From a bacterium (lineage in GTDB: Bacteria > Patescibacteriota > Minisyncoccia > Phycocordibacterales > JBBTRF01): a DNA stretch of 64,000 bases. Below the pieces are notes generated by a model. That model was not told the DNA's origin. It did no database searches and saw nothing but the letters and a program-made list of their open reading frames with translations. The stretch spans positions 235,086 through 299,085 of the forward strand of contig JBAXTI010000001.1 of NCBI GenBank assembly GCA_037130265.1. Reading direction: 5' to 3'. A program made the position numbers and the translations under genes. How positions within the stretch are numbered: the first letter of the stretch is position 1; each line of letters begins with the position of its first letter. This document shows positions 28,778 to 37,782 of the stretch, piece after piece.

Positions 28778-30004
28778 CTAGCCTCTCACCACTCTCCTCA
28801 ACCCCTCCGGAATATGTACGAGTAATTCGTATGGCGAAGCGTTGGCGCGGTCGGCCATTTGCAGGATCGAGTTGGTGTCGCGTGAGTCTGCACTGATCAG
28901 GGTGACTGGTGTACCGATTTTCATCAAATGTGCGGGGAGGTGCGAAATGTCGATGGTCGTAATATTCATACTCACGCGGCCGACAATGCGGCAGACAAAT
29001 TGCGCGACCTTCACGGTACCTTCATTGGAGAGCCGTCGGTCGATGCCTTCGTTGTATCCTGCCGGGATGGTGGCGATGGTCATATCTTTTGGCGCTTCAA
29101 AGGTGCCGTTGTATCCAAGAAGCGCGCCGCGCGGCACTTTTTTGGTAGAGCTAATGAGCGAGGTCATTTCGAGGACGGGTTTCAAACCGAGGCGGGCATC
29201 GCGCGGCGCACTCGTCGGGATCCCATACAATCCAAGACCAAGGCGCATCACATTGGCCTGAATCGTGCCGGCGTGAAAGAGGCCACTCGTCGCTGAGAGA
29301 TGAAAGAAGGCGAGTTGAGGGAAGGAGCTCGGCGACGCTTTTTGTTTTTCTTTTGTTGACGTCACTAGACTGTTCCACAGCATGATTTGCTTTCGAGTGT
29401 ATTCGGCATCGTCATTTTCACCATCTGCGAGATGTGAGCAGAGACCTTCGAGGCGGAGCATTTGGCGACCGTCTTCGTCCTTGGTCTGGCAGGTGAGGGC
29501 GAGTGCCTCGTCGAGCTCTTTTGGGTGGATGCCCTGGCGATGCATGCCGGTGTCGATTTTGATGTGGAAAGAAGTTGGGCGCGCGAGCGTCGGCGCGAGC
29601 GCGCGGAGTTGCTCCATGCTCGAAATAGTGAAGGCGACATTCTTCAGCCGATTGCGCACGATATTTTCATTGGCCGAAAAACCGATAATAAGCAGCGGCG
29701 TCACAACCCCTTCGTTGCGCAGGATCAACGCCTCGTGATATGAGTCTACCACCATGAAAGGCGCGGGCACGGGCGCCCCGGCCAACACTCCGGCCACCTC
29801 CAGCAAGCCGTGCCCATACGCATTGCTTTTGAGCACAGGCGCCACTGGCAGCTGGCTCGCCACTCGATATATTTCCAGATTGTGCAGCAAATGCTTCTTG
29901 AAGATCGCCACTTCCACCAGTGGGGTGTAGCGATTGCGATATGAGCGAAATCGTTTCAAGCCGGGCCGGAGCAAGGCCGTCAGTGCCGATAGGGTGAGAT
30001 TCAT
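28778..30004 (-). CDS. alr: alanine racemase
   Basis: PLP-binding motif VAPVLKSNAYGHG, with a downstream TIM-barrel plus C-terminal beta-domain layout. The start is placed at the internal Met (MNLTLSAL...) at 30004. The tracker's longer ORF begins with TTG and would overlap rpmG, so it is unlikely to be real. Confidence 0.75.
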   Translation of the reverse strand: MNLTLSALTALLRPGLKRFRSYRNRYTPLVEVAIFKKHLLHNLEIYRVASQLPVAPVLKSNAYGHGLLEVAGVLAGAPVPAPFMVVDSYHEALILRNEGVVTPLLIIGFSANENIVRNRLKNVAFTISSMEQLRALAPTLARPTSFHIKIDTGMHRQGIHPKELDEALALTCQTKDEDGRQMLRLEGLCSHLADGENDDAEYTRKQIMLWNSLVTSTKEKQKASPSSFPQLAFFHLSATSGLFHAGTIQANVMRLGLGLYGIPTSAPRDARLGLKPVLEMTSLISSTKKVPRGALLGYNGTFEAPKDMTIATIPAGYNEGIDRRLSNEGTVKVAQFVCRIVGRVSMNITTIDISHLPAHLMKIGTPVTLISADSRDTNSILQMADRANASPYELLVHIPEGLRRVVRG

Positions 30005-30137
30005 GTAGGGGAATGATAGCAGAAGGGGGCGGGAGAAGCTATACATGAGGCCAATTGGTCCGAAAAGGTCGATTTTACAGCAATTCATTGACAAAATAGG
30101 CCCATTTGAGCTATATTTGACGTCTAAACAACTACCC

Positions 30138-30293
30138 ATGTCACAAGAACGATTGATCCAACTCAAGAACAAGTCCACCGGCGAGGTGTATTGGAGCCGC
30201 AAGAACAAGAAGAAAGTCGAGCGCAAGATCGAGCTTTCGAAGTACAGCAAGAAGCTCCGCAAGCACGTGGTGTTCAAGGAGGCGAAGAAGTAG
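30138..30293 (+). CDS. rpmG: 50S ribosomal protein L33
   Basis: MSQERLIQLKNKSTGEVYWSRKNKKKVERKIELSKYSKKLRKHVVFKEAKK is a good match to L33 (STGxxYxTxKNKKNxPEKLELKKYDPxxRKHVLFKE). The ATG is at 30138 inside the listed 30045 ORF. Confidence 0.8.
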   Translation: MSQERLIQLKNKSTGEVYWSRKNKKKVERKIELSKYSKKLRKHVVFKEAKK

Positions 30294-30317
30294 TCTCGAA
30301 TTCAGGGATATTGAGAG

Positions 30318-30341
30318 AGCCGCCGTAAGGCGGTTTTCTTC
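30318..30341 (+). terminator. rho-independent terminator after rpmG
   Basis: gagccgccgtaaggcggttttcttctt. Confidence 0.6.
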
Positions 30342-30357
30342 TTGGTATAATTGAATA

Positions 30358-31019
30358 GTGAAGAAGAAAACTGAGCAACAAAAAGCGGCCCGAATCTTGC
30401 GAAAAAAGGGGTATTCGATGTCGGAGATCGCTGTCAAATTAATGGTGTCGCAAAGCTCTATATCTCTATGGACAAAGGACATTATGCTTTCTCCGGTGGC
30501 GCAAAAGAGAATCCATTCCATTGTCCTTTCAAGAAGAGAGACCGTGTCGAACACATTAAGAAGGAAGAAAAGGAATCGACTGGAACTAGCTGATAGTGTT
30601 GCAGCTGGGGAAATGCACCTTGGGGTATCTTCTTTGCGTCCGAATATGTTTTCGGTACTCGCCATGATCTATTTTTGTGAAGGAAATAAAATGATAGTAA
30701 TGTTGGTTTCACTAATTCTGATCCGGAATTAATGCGACTTTTCATTCAGTTATTGAGAAAATGTTTCTCTTTGGATGAGTCGAAGTTCAGGGCCTGTCTG
30801 CACGCTCATGACTATCATGATATCGAAAGGCAGAAAGCGTTTTGGTCTGAGGTGACGAATATTCCGCTGAAACAGTTTACAAAAACCTATAACAAGAAAA
30901 GCGCTCACGTATTCAAAAAACCAGGATATCAAGGGTGTCTGAGGATAAATTACTACGACGCGCACGTGGCGCGCGTGCTTCTGGCGTTTGCAAAAAAGCT
31001 CATGAAACACTATAGTTAA
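30358..31019 (+). pseudogene. frameshifted paralog of the HTH plus LAGLIDADG-like endonuclease family (same family as 46144-46854)
   Basis: Two ORFs (30358-30732 and 30732-31019) in adjacent frames together align along the full length of the 46144 protein. The HTH GYSMSEIAVKLMVSQSSISLWTKD matches TYSEILEAVPVARSTLSLWLRG. MIYFCEGNK matches LYWAEGSK. NDSNVGFTNSDPELMRLFIQLL matches NPGSGTYFSNTDLRMLQVF. YDAHVARVLLAF matches YYGCLRVKV. The frame switch maps to the A-rich run ggaaataaaatg at about 30685-30695. Confidence 0.65.
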
Positions 31020-31027
31020 TCCTCGAA

Positions 31028-31101
31028 GGGCGATTAGGTAAGTGGTATACCGGCGGACTCCAAACCCGCATTCGGAGGTCCGATTCCTCCATCGCCCGCC
31101 A
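31028..31101 (+). tRNA. tRNA-Trp (anticodon CCA), CCA encoded; slightly atypical T-loop (TCCGATT)
   Basis: GGGCGATTAGGTAAGTGGTATACCGGCGGACTCCAAACCCGCATTCGGAGGTCCGATTCCTCCATCGCCCGCCA. Acceptor GGGCGAT/ATCGCCC, D-stem GGTA/TACC, anticodon loop CTCCAAA, T-arm GGAGG-TCCGATT-CCTCC. It begins 8 nt after the pseudogene's stop. Confidence 0.7.
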
Positions 31102-31106
31102 ACTTA

Positions 31107-31961
31107 GTGGAAGAAATACTCCAGCAAAAGATCTTGCAATTTAAGCAGCCTCATCGCCAGGCTTTTTCGCGACGATACCCACTCCTGCTCCCGCTGATTA
31201 TTTTTGTGAAAAGGCTGCTGAAGCGGGCGAAAAATTGGCGGACGATTGGTCGGCCGCTCAAAAAAGCCGACTACTTGCCCTGCGTGGCCGCGCGACACTC
31301 ATCGCTACTGTACCGCAAGCTCGGCAGCTCTGATCCGGCGTTGCAGATCGGCAAGGTGCACAATCTGAAGCTGGCTGTGGCACGGATAGATCGCATCGTG
31401 ATTCGGCCCGGCAAGACCTTTTCGTTTTGGCATCAGATTGGTTCGACTGGTAAGCGACAAGGATATGTCGATGGTCTTGTGTTGTCGAACGGTATTGCGG
31501 GAAAAGGAGTTGGCGGCGGTCTCTGTCAGCTTGCCAACTTCCTCTATTGGATCGTCCTGCACACGGATGTTGAAATCGTCGAAAGACATCACCATTCCAT
31601 TGATGCCTTTCCGGACTCCGGTCGCACGCTTCCATTTGGTAGTGGTGCGACCGTCTTCCACAATTACATCGATCTGCAAATAAAAAATGTGTCGCAACAC
31701 CCGCTCCAGATCAAGCTATGGTTCACCGACGAATGTCTGAAGGGTCAGATCCTTTCGGACGTGCCGCAGGAAAAGAAATTTCATGTTATCGAAAAGAATC
31801 ACTGTTTCGTGCGCTCTGGCACCGATGTGTTTCGGTACAACGAGTTGTATCGCGAGACTCGCGTGAAGGGCGAATTGGTGAAGGAAGAACAGATTGTGGT
31901 GAACTTTGCGCCGGTGAAGTACGCACTCTCTACTTCAGAAAACGTGATACAGATTTCATAA
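31107..31961 (+). CDS. VanW-like domain protein
   Basis: GKTFSFWHQIGSTGKRQGYVDGLVLSNGIAGKGVGGGLCQLANFLYW is the conserved VanW-domain core. Confidence 0.65.
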   Translation: MEEILQQKILQFKQPHRQAFSRRYPLLLPLIIFVKRLLKRAKNWRTIGRPLKKADYLPCVAARHSSLLYRKLGSSDPALQIGKVHNLKLAVARIDRIVIRPGKTFSFWHQIGSTGKRQGYVDGLVLSNGIAGKGVGGGLCQLANFLYWIVLHTDVEIVERHHHSIDAFPDSGRTLPFGSGATVFHNYIDLQIKNVSQHPLQIKLWFTDECLKGQILSDVPQEKKFHVIEKNHCFVRSGTDVFRYNELYRETRVKGELVKEEQIVVNFAPVKYALSTSENVIQIS

Positions 31962-32883
31962 TTTCTTCGTCCGTTCCACTCCCAAACCACTGAATCCGCT
32001 TGTTCCGCTTGAACCACGCGAGCTGACGTTTGGCGTAATGCCAGATCTCGAAGCCTAGACGTTCGATCATCTCTTCTCGAGTGATCTTTTGCTGGAGAAA
32101 AAGTGCAAGGTAGCGATATTCGAGACCGAGTTCTTCCATCCGTTTCCATGAAAGGTTGGCGACTCCGGTGGAGCTAGCGGTTGCGCCATCATGCAGCTTC
32201 TGTGCCTCTTCAGTCATGCCTTGTTTCTCGATACGGTCGGTGAGTCGGGTCTGAATTTTTGCGCGCAATGTCTCGGCGTCGGGATTGATACCGATGAAGA
32301 GTGGGTCGTATGGCGAGGAATCAACAGAGCCATCGGCGTTCTTAGTAGTGGAAAGCTCAGGCACTTTTCCCAGTGCGCTCGCAATCTCGATTGCACGAAT
32401 CACTCGGCGCAGGTTGTGCGGGTCAATCGCTTCGGCGCGCTCCGGGTCGAGTGCTTTTAGTTGGGTCACCAACGCCGCAGGATCTTTTTTGCCAATCTTG
32501 GCGAGCTCGGCACGCAATGTTGGATTTGGTGGTACATCGGGAAACACGATACCATCCACGAGTGCGTCGATATAGAAGCCGGTACCGCCGCAAATAATCG
32601 GCAGTTTGCCTCGCTTCGCGATGTCTGCGATCGCCCTAGCCGCCAATTTCTTGTATCGCTCCACTGTGAACTTCCGCAACGGGGAAGCGACATCGAGTAG
32701 ATGGTGCGGCACGTCCTGCATTTCGGTGAGCGTTATTTTGCCGGTGCCCACATCGAGCCCTTTGTACACTTGTCGTGAATCTGCAGAGATCACTTCGCCA
32801 TTAAACTGCTTCGCCAGGCGCACCGCTAGATCGCTCTTGCCAGAAGCGGTTGGGCCGACGACCACGAGAATCTTTACTGTCAT
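31930..32883 (-). CDS. miaA: tRNA dimethylallyltransferase (i6A37 synthase)
   Basis: P-loop MTVKILVVVGPTASGKSDLAVRLAK, then ISADSRQVYKGLDVGTGKIT. The start is placed at the Met (ATG at 32881-32883) immediately after the tRNA-Leu(CAA) 3' end. The listed ORF's first 10 codons are actually tRNA sequence. Confidence 0.85.
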   Translation of the reverse strand: MTVKILVVVGPTASGKSDLAVRLAKQFNGEVISADSRQVYKGLDVGTGKITLTEMQDVPHHLLDVASPLRKFTVERYKKLAARAIADIAKRGKLPIICGGTGFYIDALVDGIVFPDVPPNPTLRAELAKIGKKDPAALVTQLKALDPERAEAIDPHNLRRVIRAIEIASALGKVPELSTTKNADGSVDSSPYDPLFIGINPDAETLRAKIQTRLTDRIEKQGMTEEAQKLHDGATASSTGVANLSWKRMEELGLEYRYLALFLQQKITREEMIERLGFEIWHYAKRQLAWFKRNKRIQWFGSGTDEEIMKSVSRFLK

Positions 32884-32967
32884 TGGTGCCAGGGGGGAGA
32901 CTTGAACTCCCATGCCTTACGGCGGTCGATTTTGAGTCGACTACGTATACCATTTCGTCACCCTGGC
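32884..32967 (-). tRNA. tRNA-Leu (anticodon CAA), type II, CCA encoded
   Basis: Reverse complement GCCAGGGTGACGAAATGGTATACGTAGTCGACTCAAAATCGACCGCCGTAAGGCATGGGAGTTCAAGTCTCCCCCCTGGCACCA. Anticodon stem GTCGA/TCGAC, loop CTCAAAA, T-arm GGGAG-TTCAAGT-CTCCC. Confidence 0.8.
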
Positions 32968-33101
32968 GAATATTCCAACCCGTCCAAATGTGCGTCTGAA
33001 AAACCTAGCCCAGTGTAGCAATTTTGGCCAAAAAATCAATTTTCCTCGATATTCACACGGGCAACCATCATTCGCTACCGCTCCATGTTAGAATACCTCA
33101 C

Positions 33102-34160
33102 ATGACCCCTCCCGCATCACAATTCTTCAGCGACTCCATTTTCTGGATCGACATCGACAAGGTAAGTCCGAACCCGTTTCAGCCACGAAAGGAGTTCGAC
33201 GAGTTGCGTCTCAAAGACCTTGCCGAATCTATCCGCATGTACGGCATTCTCCAACCGCTCGTGGTCACCCGCAAAGAGGTCGTGAAGGCCGATGGGGGCC
33301 TCTCCACCGAATACGAGCTCATCTCTGGTGAGCGCCGTCTCCGTGCCTCAAAGCTTGCGGGCCTCAGCCAGGTGCCGACCCTCATTCGTGCATCAGAAGA
33401 GAGTGACCGTGTGAAGCTCGAGCTTGCGATCATCGAAAACCTCCAGCGCGAAGACCTCAACGCTGTCGACCGCGCTCGCGCTTTCCAGCGTCTTGTTGAA
33501 GAGTTCAAATTTAAGCACGGCCAAATCGCCGAGAAGATGGGGAAGAGTCGCGAGTATGTCACCAACACCCTTCGCCTCCTTTCAATGCCACCAGACTTGC
33601 TTGAGGCGCTTTCGATGGGGCGTATTTCCGAGGGTCATGCCCGACCGCTCATGATGCTCAATGATCGTCCCGAGGAGCAGACCGTTTTGTTTAAGGAAAT
33701 CATTTTGAAGAAGCTCACTGTACGTGAAGCCGAGGCTATTGCCCGACGCGTTGCCTTTGACAAGATCCGCAAGAAGGAGCGGATGATTGCTCCAGATATT
33801 ATCGAGATGGAAGAGAAGCTCACCGAGACTCTTGGCACTCGCGTGCACATCGAACAGCGCGACAAGGGTGGCAAGATTACCATCGACTACTTCGGACCAG
33901 ACGATCTTCGTACGCTCATGGAATTGATACACAAGAAGACATTGGCCGGGGTGATTTCTGTCGCACCTGTGGCGGCACGTGCGGCGCCGATTGTGCCTGT
34001 CACACCGGTTCTTGGTGCTGCTGAGGCTGTGAATACCGAAGCTGTAGTCTCTGATGCTGTCACTGAGCCAGAAGCTCCGCTCGACGATCGTAGTGTCGAT
34101 GAAAAGAAAGCCGATGAAAATGACGAAAACTTGTACTCGGTAAATAACTTTGTTGTATAG
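33102..34160 (+). CDS. parB: chromosome partitioning protein ParB/Spo0J
   Basis: ParB box ILQPLVV...ELISGERRLRASKLAGL, then an HTH (GQIAEKMGKSREYVTNTLRLL) and a C-terminal dimerisation region with an Ala/Val-rich tail. The start is chosen at the internal Met (MTPPAS). Confidence 0.8.
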   Translation: MTPPASQFFSDSIFWIDIDKVSPNPFQPRKEFDELRLKDLAESIRMYGILQPLVVTRKEVVKADGGLSTEYELISGERRLRASKLAGLSQVPTLIRASEESDRVKLELAIIENLQREDLNAVDRARAFQRLVEEFKFKHGQIAEKMGKSREYVTNTLRLLSMPPDLLEALSMGRISEGHARPLMMLNDRPEEQTVLFKEIILKKLTVREAEAIARRVAFDKIRKKERMIAPDIIEMEEKLTETLGTRVHIEQRDKGGKITIDYFGPDDLRTLMELIHKKTLAGVISVAPVAARAAPIVPVTPVLGAAEAVNTEAVVSDAVTEPEAPLDDRSVDEKKADENDENLYSVNNFVV

Positions 34161-34172
34161 AGGCTTGCGCCG

Positions 34173-36554
34173 CTATACCAACTTGTGCGGATTGTGATTT
34201 GGACAAGTCTTGTCTGAGCAGCGTTCAGGGATGGTCTTCGTGCCGGCCATCATGAGGGCTCCACAAGGGGTGAGACCTTTGCCATCGCCTTTGTCACGGC
34301 CATGTGCACAGATATTGCCAGTCGGCTTGGCTTTGATCGCATTCTTGCACTTCGGATAGTTCGAACAGCTGTAGAAGAGTCCAAAGCGGCCGCGGCGCTC
34401 GGTCATCATGCCGGTGCCACACATTGGGCAGGCGACGCCAGTAGAGTTTTGGCGTTCGAGCTCGGCGTCTTTCTTGATAAACTTGCACTTCGGATACAGG
34501 TTGCAACAAATAAATTTGCCGAAGCGACCCTCGCGCTCGATGAGCTTGCCCTTGCCACATTCCGGACACGCCTCGCCGGTTTCTTTTGGACCCGCGAGCT
34601 CCTTGCCTTCGAAGGTGCGCGCGCCCGTACATTCTGGGAACTTTGCACAACTCAAAAACTTGCCGGTTCGTCCGAGTTTGATGATCATGTCGCCGCCGCA
34701 GATCGGACACTTGAATTCTGCCGGTGCATCGCCGAGGTTGGTAACCTTCGCGGTCTTTTCTTTCGCTTTGATATCTTTTTGAAACGGCGTATAGAAATTC
34801 TTTAGCGTTTTTTCATACTCCGCCTTGCCGAGTGCGATGTCGTCGAGCTTGTCTTCCATGTCGGCAGTGAAGGTGTCGCTGATGTATTCAGCAAAGTTTT
34901 CTTCGAGGAACGAGCTCACCACGTCGCCAGTGTCAGTCGGCTTCAAGGCTTTTTGCTCCTTCACGACGTACTCGCGCTCTTCGATGGTCTTGATGATGGA
35001 TGCGTAGGTCGATGGTCGGCCGATGCCGCGCTTCTCGAGCTCCTTCACAAGGCCCGCTTCAGAATATCGGCCCGGTGGTTCGGTAGTCTTGGCGTCGGTC
35101 TTCATGGCGATGAGTGAAAGCGCCTCGTCTTTCGCAACCTTCGGCACTTCGACATCCTCACCACGTGCTTCAGGATCCGCCGCAATCCAGCCGGGGAACA
35201 ACACACGTGAGCCGTTGATGGTGAAGTCCGGAATCTCCTTTGCGCCGAGCTTCGCAAGTACCTCCGCCGTAATATTGGCCGTGACCTTGGTGCGCATGAT
35301 GCGTGCGTCCGACATTTGTGAGGCGACAGTGCGCTGCCAGATCAGTTCATACAAAGCCTCCTGCTCGGGTGCTGAGCCGGCGGTGCGCTGGCCGATGTTT
35401 GTCGGTCGAATCGCCTCGTGCGCTTCCTGTGCATTCTTGCTCTTGGTCGTGAAGACACGCGGACTGAGATATTCCTTGCCCCAAGTGCTTTCGATGGTCG
35501 AATAGATCTGCGTCAAGGCCTGCTGACTAAGATTGGTACTGTCGGTACGCATGTAGCTGATATGTCCGGCCTCGTACAGCTTCTGCGCGATACCCATGGT
35601 ACGGGAAGGAGCGTAGCCGAGACGAGAGCTCGCGGCCTGTTGAAGTGTCGAAGTAATGAACGGTGCTTTCGGTGAACGCTTGGTGTCGGTCTCGGAAATA
35701 TCGGAAATGTACCAGCCATTTTGCTCGCCAGCTTTAGTGCCGACATCAACAATTCGCTCCATTTCTTTTTGATCGCGAGGCTCTTCGACGCAGGTCACGG
35801 TGAAGGCGGGAGCAGCGGCACTCGATGTGCCAGAGGATTTCTTGCCCGCACCGTTTGTGCTCACGCCCGTCGGCTGTACTTCGGCACTAATCACCCAAAA
35901 TGCTTCCGGGATGAAGGCGCGGATTTCGCGTTCGCGTTCCATGATGATTCGCAAGGCAGGGGATTGCACACGGCCGGCAGAGAGACCGTAGCGGACCTTC
36001 TTCCAGATGAGGCCAGAGAGGTCGTATCCCACGAGTCGGTCGAGTACGCGGCGGGCTTCCTGGGCACGGCGGAGATTTTCATCGATCTCACGCGGATGTT
36101 CCATCGCCTCTTTTACGGCGTCCTTGGTGATTTCGTGAAAGACGATACGCTTTGGGTTTTTTAATTTCAACGCCTCCTTAATGTGCCAAGCGATAGCCTC
36201 ACCCTCTCGATCGGGGTCGGTTGCAAGGAGTACTTCTGAAGCTGTTTCGGCAAGTTCGGTCAATTCCGCGATTACTTTTTCCTTGCCTTTGGAAATTTCA
36301 TAGTGGGGAATGAAGCCGCCGGGGATGTCGATCGCTTTCTTGTTATTCTTCGGCAGGTCGCGAACATGTCCGACCGATGCACGCACGGTGTACTCGCCAT
36401 CGAGGTACTTTGAAATCGTTTTCGCTTTCGCCGGAGACTCGACGATGAGCAATTTCTTCCCGGTTTTTCGAGAAAAGCCTCGTGTTGCTGGCGCGTCTTC
36501 CGCCGCGACTTTTATTTTTCCGGAAGATTTTTTTGTTGAAACTTTTTGTGCCAT
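34173..36554 (-). CDS. topA: DNA topoisomerase I with C-terminal Zn-ribbon repeats
   Basis: TOPRIM LLIVESPAKAKTISKYLG...VGHVRDL, the active-site Tyr region GHISYMRTDS, and four or more CxxC...CxxC zinc ribbons at the C-terminus. Confidence 0.9.
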   Translation of the reverse strand: MAQKVSTKKSSGKIKVAAEDAPATRGFSRKTGKKLLIVESPAKAKTISKYLDGEYTVRASVGHVRDLPKNNKKAIDIPGGFIPHYEISKGKEKVIAELTELAETASEVLLATDPDREGEAIAWHIKEALKLKNPKRIVFHEITKDAVKEAMEHPREIDENLRRAQEARRVLDRLVGYDLSGLIWKKVRYGLSAGRVQSPALRIIMEREREIRAFIPEAFWVISAEVQPTGVSTNGAGKKSSGTSSAAAPAFTVTCVEEPRDQKEMERIVDVGTKAGEQNGWYISDISETDTKRSPKAPFITSTLQQAASSRLGYAPSRTMGIAQKLYEAGHISYMRTDSTNLSQQALTQIYSTIESTWGKEYLSPRVFTTKSKNAQEAHEAIRPTNIGQRTAGSAPEQEALYELIWQRTVASQMSDARIMRTKVTANITAEVLAKLGAKEIPDFTINGSRVLFPGWIAADPEARGEDVEVPKVAKDEALSLIAMKTDAKTTEPPGRYSEAGLVKELEKRGIGRPSTYASIIKTIEEREYVVKEQKALKPTDTGDVVSSFLEENFAEYISDTFTADMEDKLDDIALGKAEYEKTLKNFYTPFQKDIKAKEKTAKVTNLGDAPAEFKCPICGGDMIIKLGRTGKFLSCAKFPECTGARTFEGKELAGPKETGEACPECGKGKLIEREGRFGKFICCNLYPKCKFIKKDAELERQNSTGVACPMCGTGMMTERRGRFGLFYSCSNYPKCKNAIKAKPTGNICAHGRDKGDGKGLTPCGALMMAGTKTIPERCSDKTCPNHNPHKLV

Positions 36555-36748
36555 TGGTGCTAAGTATTACATTAAGGAGCGGAACGTGGCAAGTTTGTGT
36601 CTGATAAAAGTGGGGGCGAGGTATCTCACGATGTTTTTCAGTACCTGCGGATTTGTCATACTTTCCTCATACTTTCGTATGACAAATCCGCAGGTACTTT
36701 TTTTTTGCTTCGTCGCCACCATCCTGAATTTTTCTTGAGCATTGCCGA

Positions 36749-37756
36749 TCATTTTTTACGAATTTCATTGAAGCCGGCAACGACTAATTTCTTTATTTCG
36801 AGCAGCGATATCGTGACATTGGTCTCCGAAGCACTCCAGCCGAGCTCTTCGATAAGGCGGTCTCGGGTCTTGGGATGGCTGAGGCAATTTAGAAGGCGGT
36901 TTTCCGCTATGGTGAGGTCGGCGGGCTTCACGCGAGTGCTTGCACGAGCTTTTCCTCGAATCTTCTCGACCTCAAATCCAAGCGCGACCAACACCTCGTG
37001 TGCACAGGTTACCGGGGCCGCACCTTTCGAGATGAGAAAGTGTGGGCCGGCTGCGTGCTCTGAGAAGATCGAGCCGGGTACGGCGAGAATGTCACGATTT
37101 TGATCGGTGGCGAGCTGGCTAGTGATGAGGGTGCCGCTGGGGCGCTTGGCTTCGATCACGAGCGTGGCGTGCGACAGTCCGGACATGATGCGATTGCGTG
37201 CGGGAAAATGATACGGAGCAGGGCGGGTGCCAGGAGGGTTTTCCGATACGAGGCAGCCGCCCTCGGCGAGGATGCGGCGCGCGATATGTTGATTTGAGGC
37301 GGGGTAGATAGAGTCGTCGTCGAGACCTGAGCCGAGGACAGCGACGGTCTTCAGACCGGCGAGTATGGCGGCTTCATGGGCAATGCCGTCGATGCCAAGG
37401 GCGAGGCCGGAGACTATGGTGATGGGGTAGCCGCGAAGTCCTGCGATGATCATTTCGCAGGCTTCGCGGCCATATGGTGTGTATTGTCGCGAGCCGATCA
37501 CGCAGAGGAGCTTTCGGCCACCAATCATGCTGCCCGAGCCGATCATACTGCCCATACCGCTCATGCTGCCAACACAACCCTCGGCATATCCATGAAGTAG
37601 ACTCTCGTCCCCTCTACTATAGAGTCGTTTTGGTCGGCCGGTGATCTCCTTGAGCTGGCGGGGCAGTTTGTCGGCAGAAAGCTCCTCGATTGGGTATTTT
37701 GGCGAAATTTCGTGTTCCATTCCAGAATTGTACGATTTCTGATATGATGAAAACAA
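36749..37756 (-). CDS. dprA: DNA processing protein DprA (Smf)
   Basis: Rossmann-like core GSRQYTPYGREACEMIIAGLRGYPITIVSGLALGIDGIAHEAAILAGLKTVAVLGSGLD. Confidence 0.8.
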   Translation of the reverse strand: MFSSYQKSYNSGMEHEISPKYPIEELSADKLPRQLKEITGRPKRLYSRGDESLLHGYAEGCVGSMSGMGSMIGSGSMIGGRKLLCVIGSRQYTPYGREACEMIIAGLRGYPITIVSGLALGIDGIAHEAAILAGLKTVAVLGSGLDDDSIYPASNQHIARRILAEGGCLVSENPPGTRPAPYHFPARNRIMSGLSHATLVIEAKRPSGTLITSQLATDQNRDILAVPGSIFSEHAAGPHFLISKGAAPVTCAHEVLVALGFEVEKIRGKARASTRVKPADLTIAENRLLNCLSHPKTRDRLIEELGWSASETNVTISLLEIKKLVVAGFNEIRKK

Positions 37757-37782
37757 GTAAAAACTTCATTTTTTCTTGAACA

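Noticed and set aside
28778-30277. Long TTG-initiated N-terminal extension of alr (30005-30277)
   Set aside because: The extension is hydrophobic and low-complexity, and it overlaps the well-supported L33 gene (30138-30293) on the opposite strand. Alanine racemase homology begins at the internal Met at 30004.
31930-32913. Listed miaA ORF start at 32913 (MGVQVSPLAP...)
   Set aside because: The first 10 codons coincide with the tRNA-Leu(CAA) gene (32884-32967). The real start is the ATG at 32881-32883.
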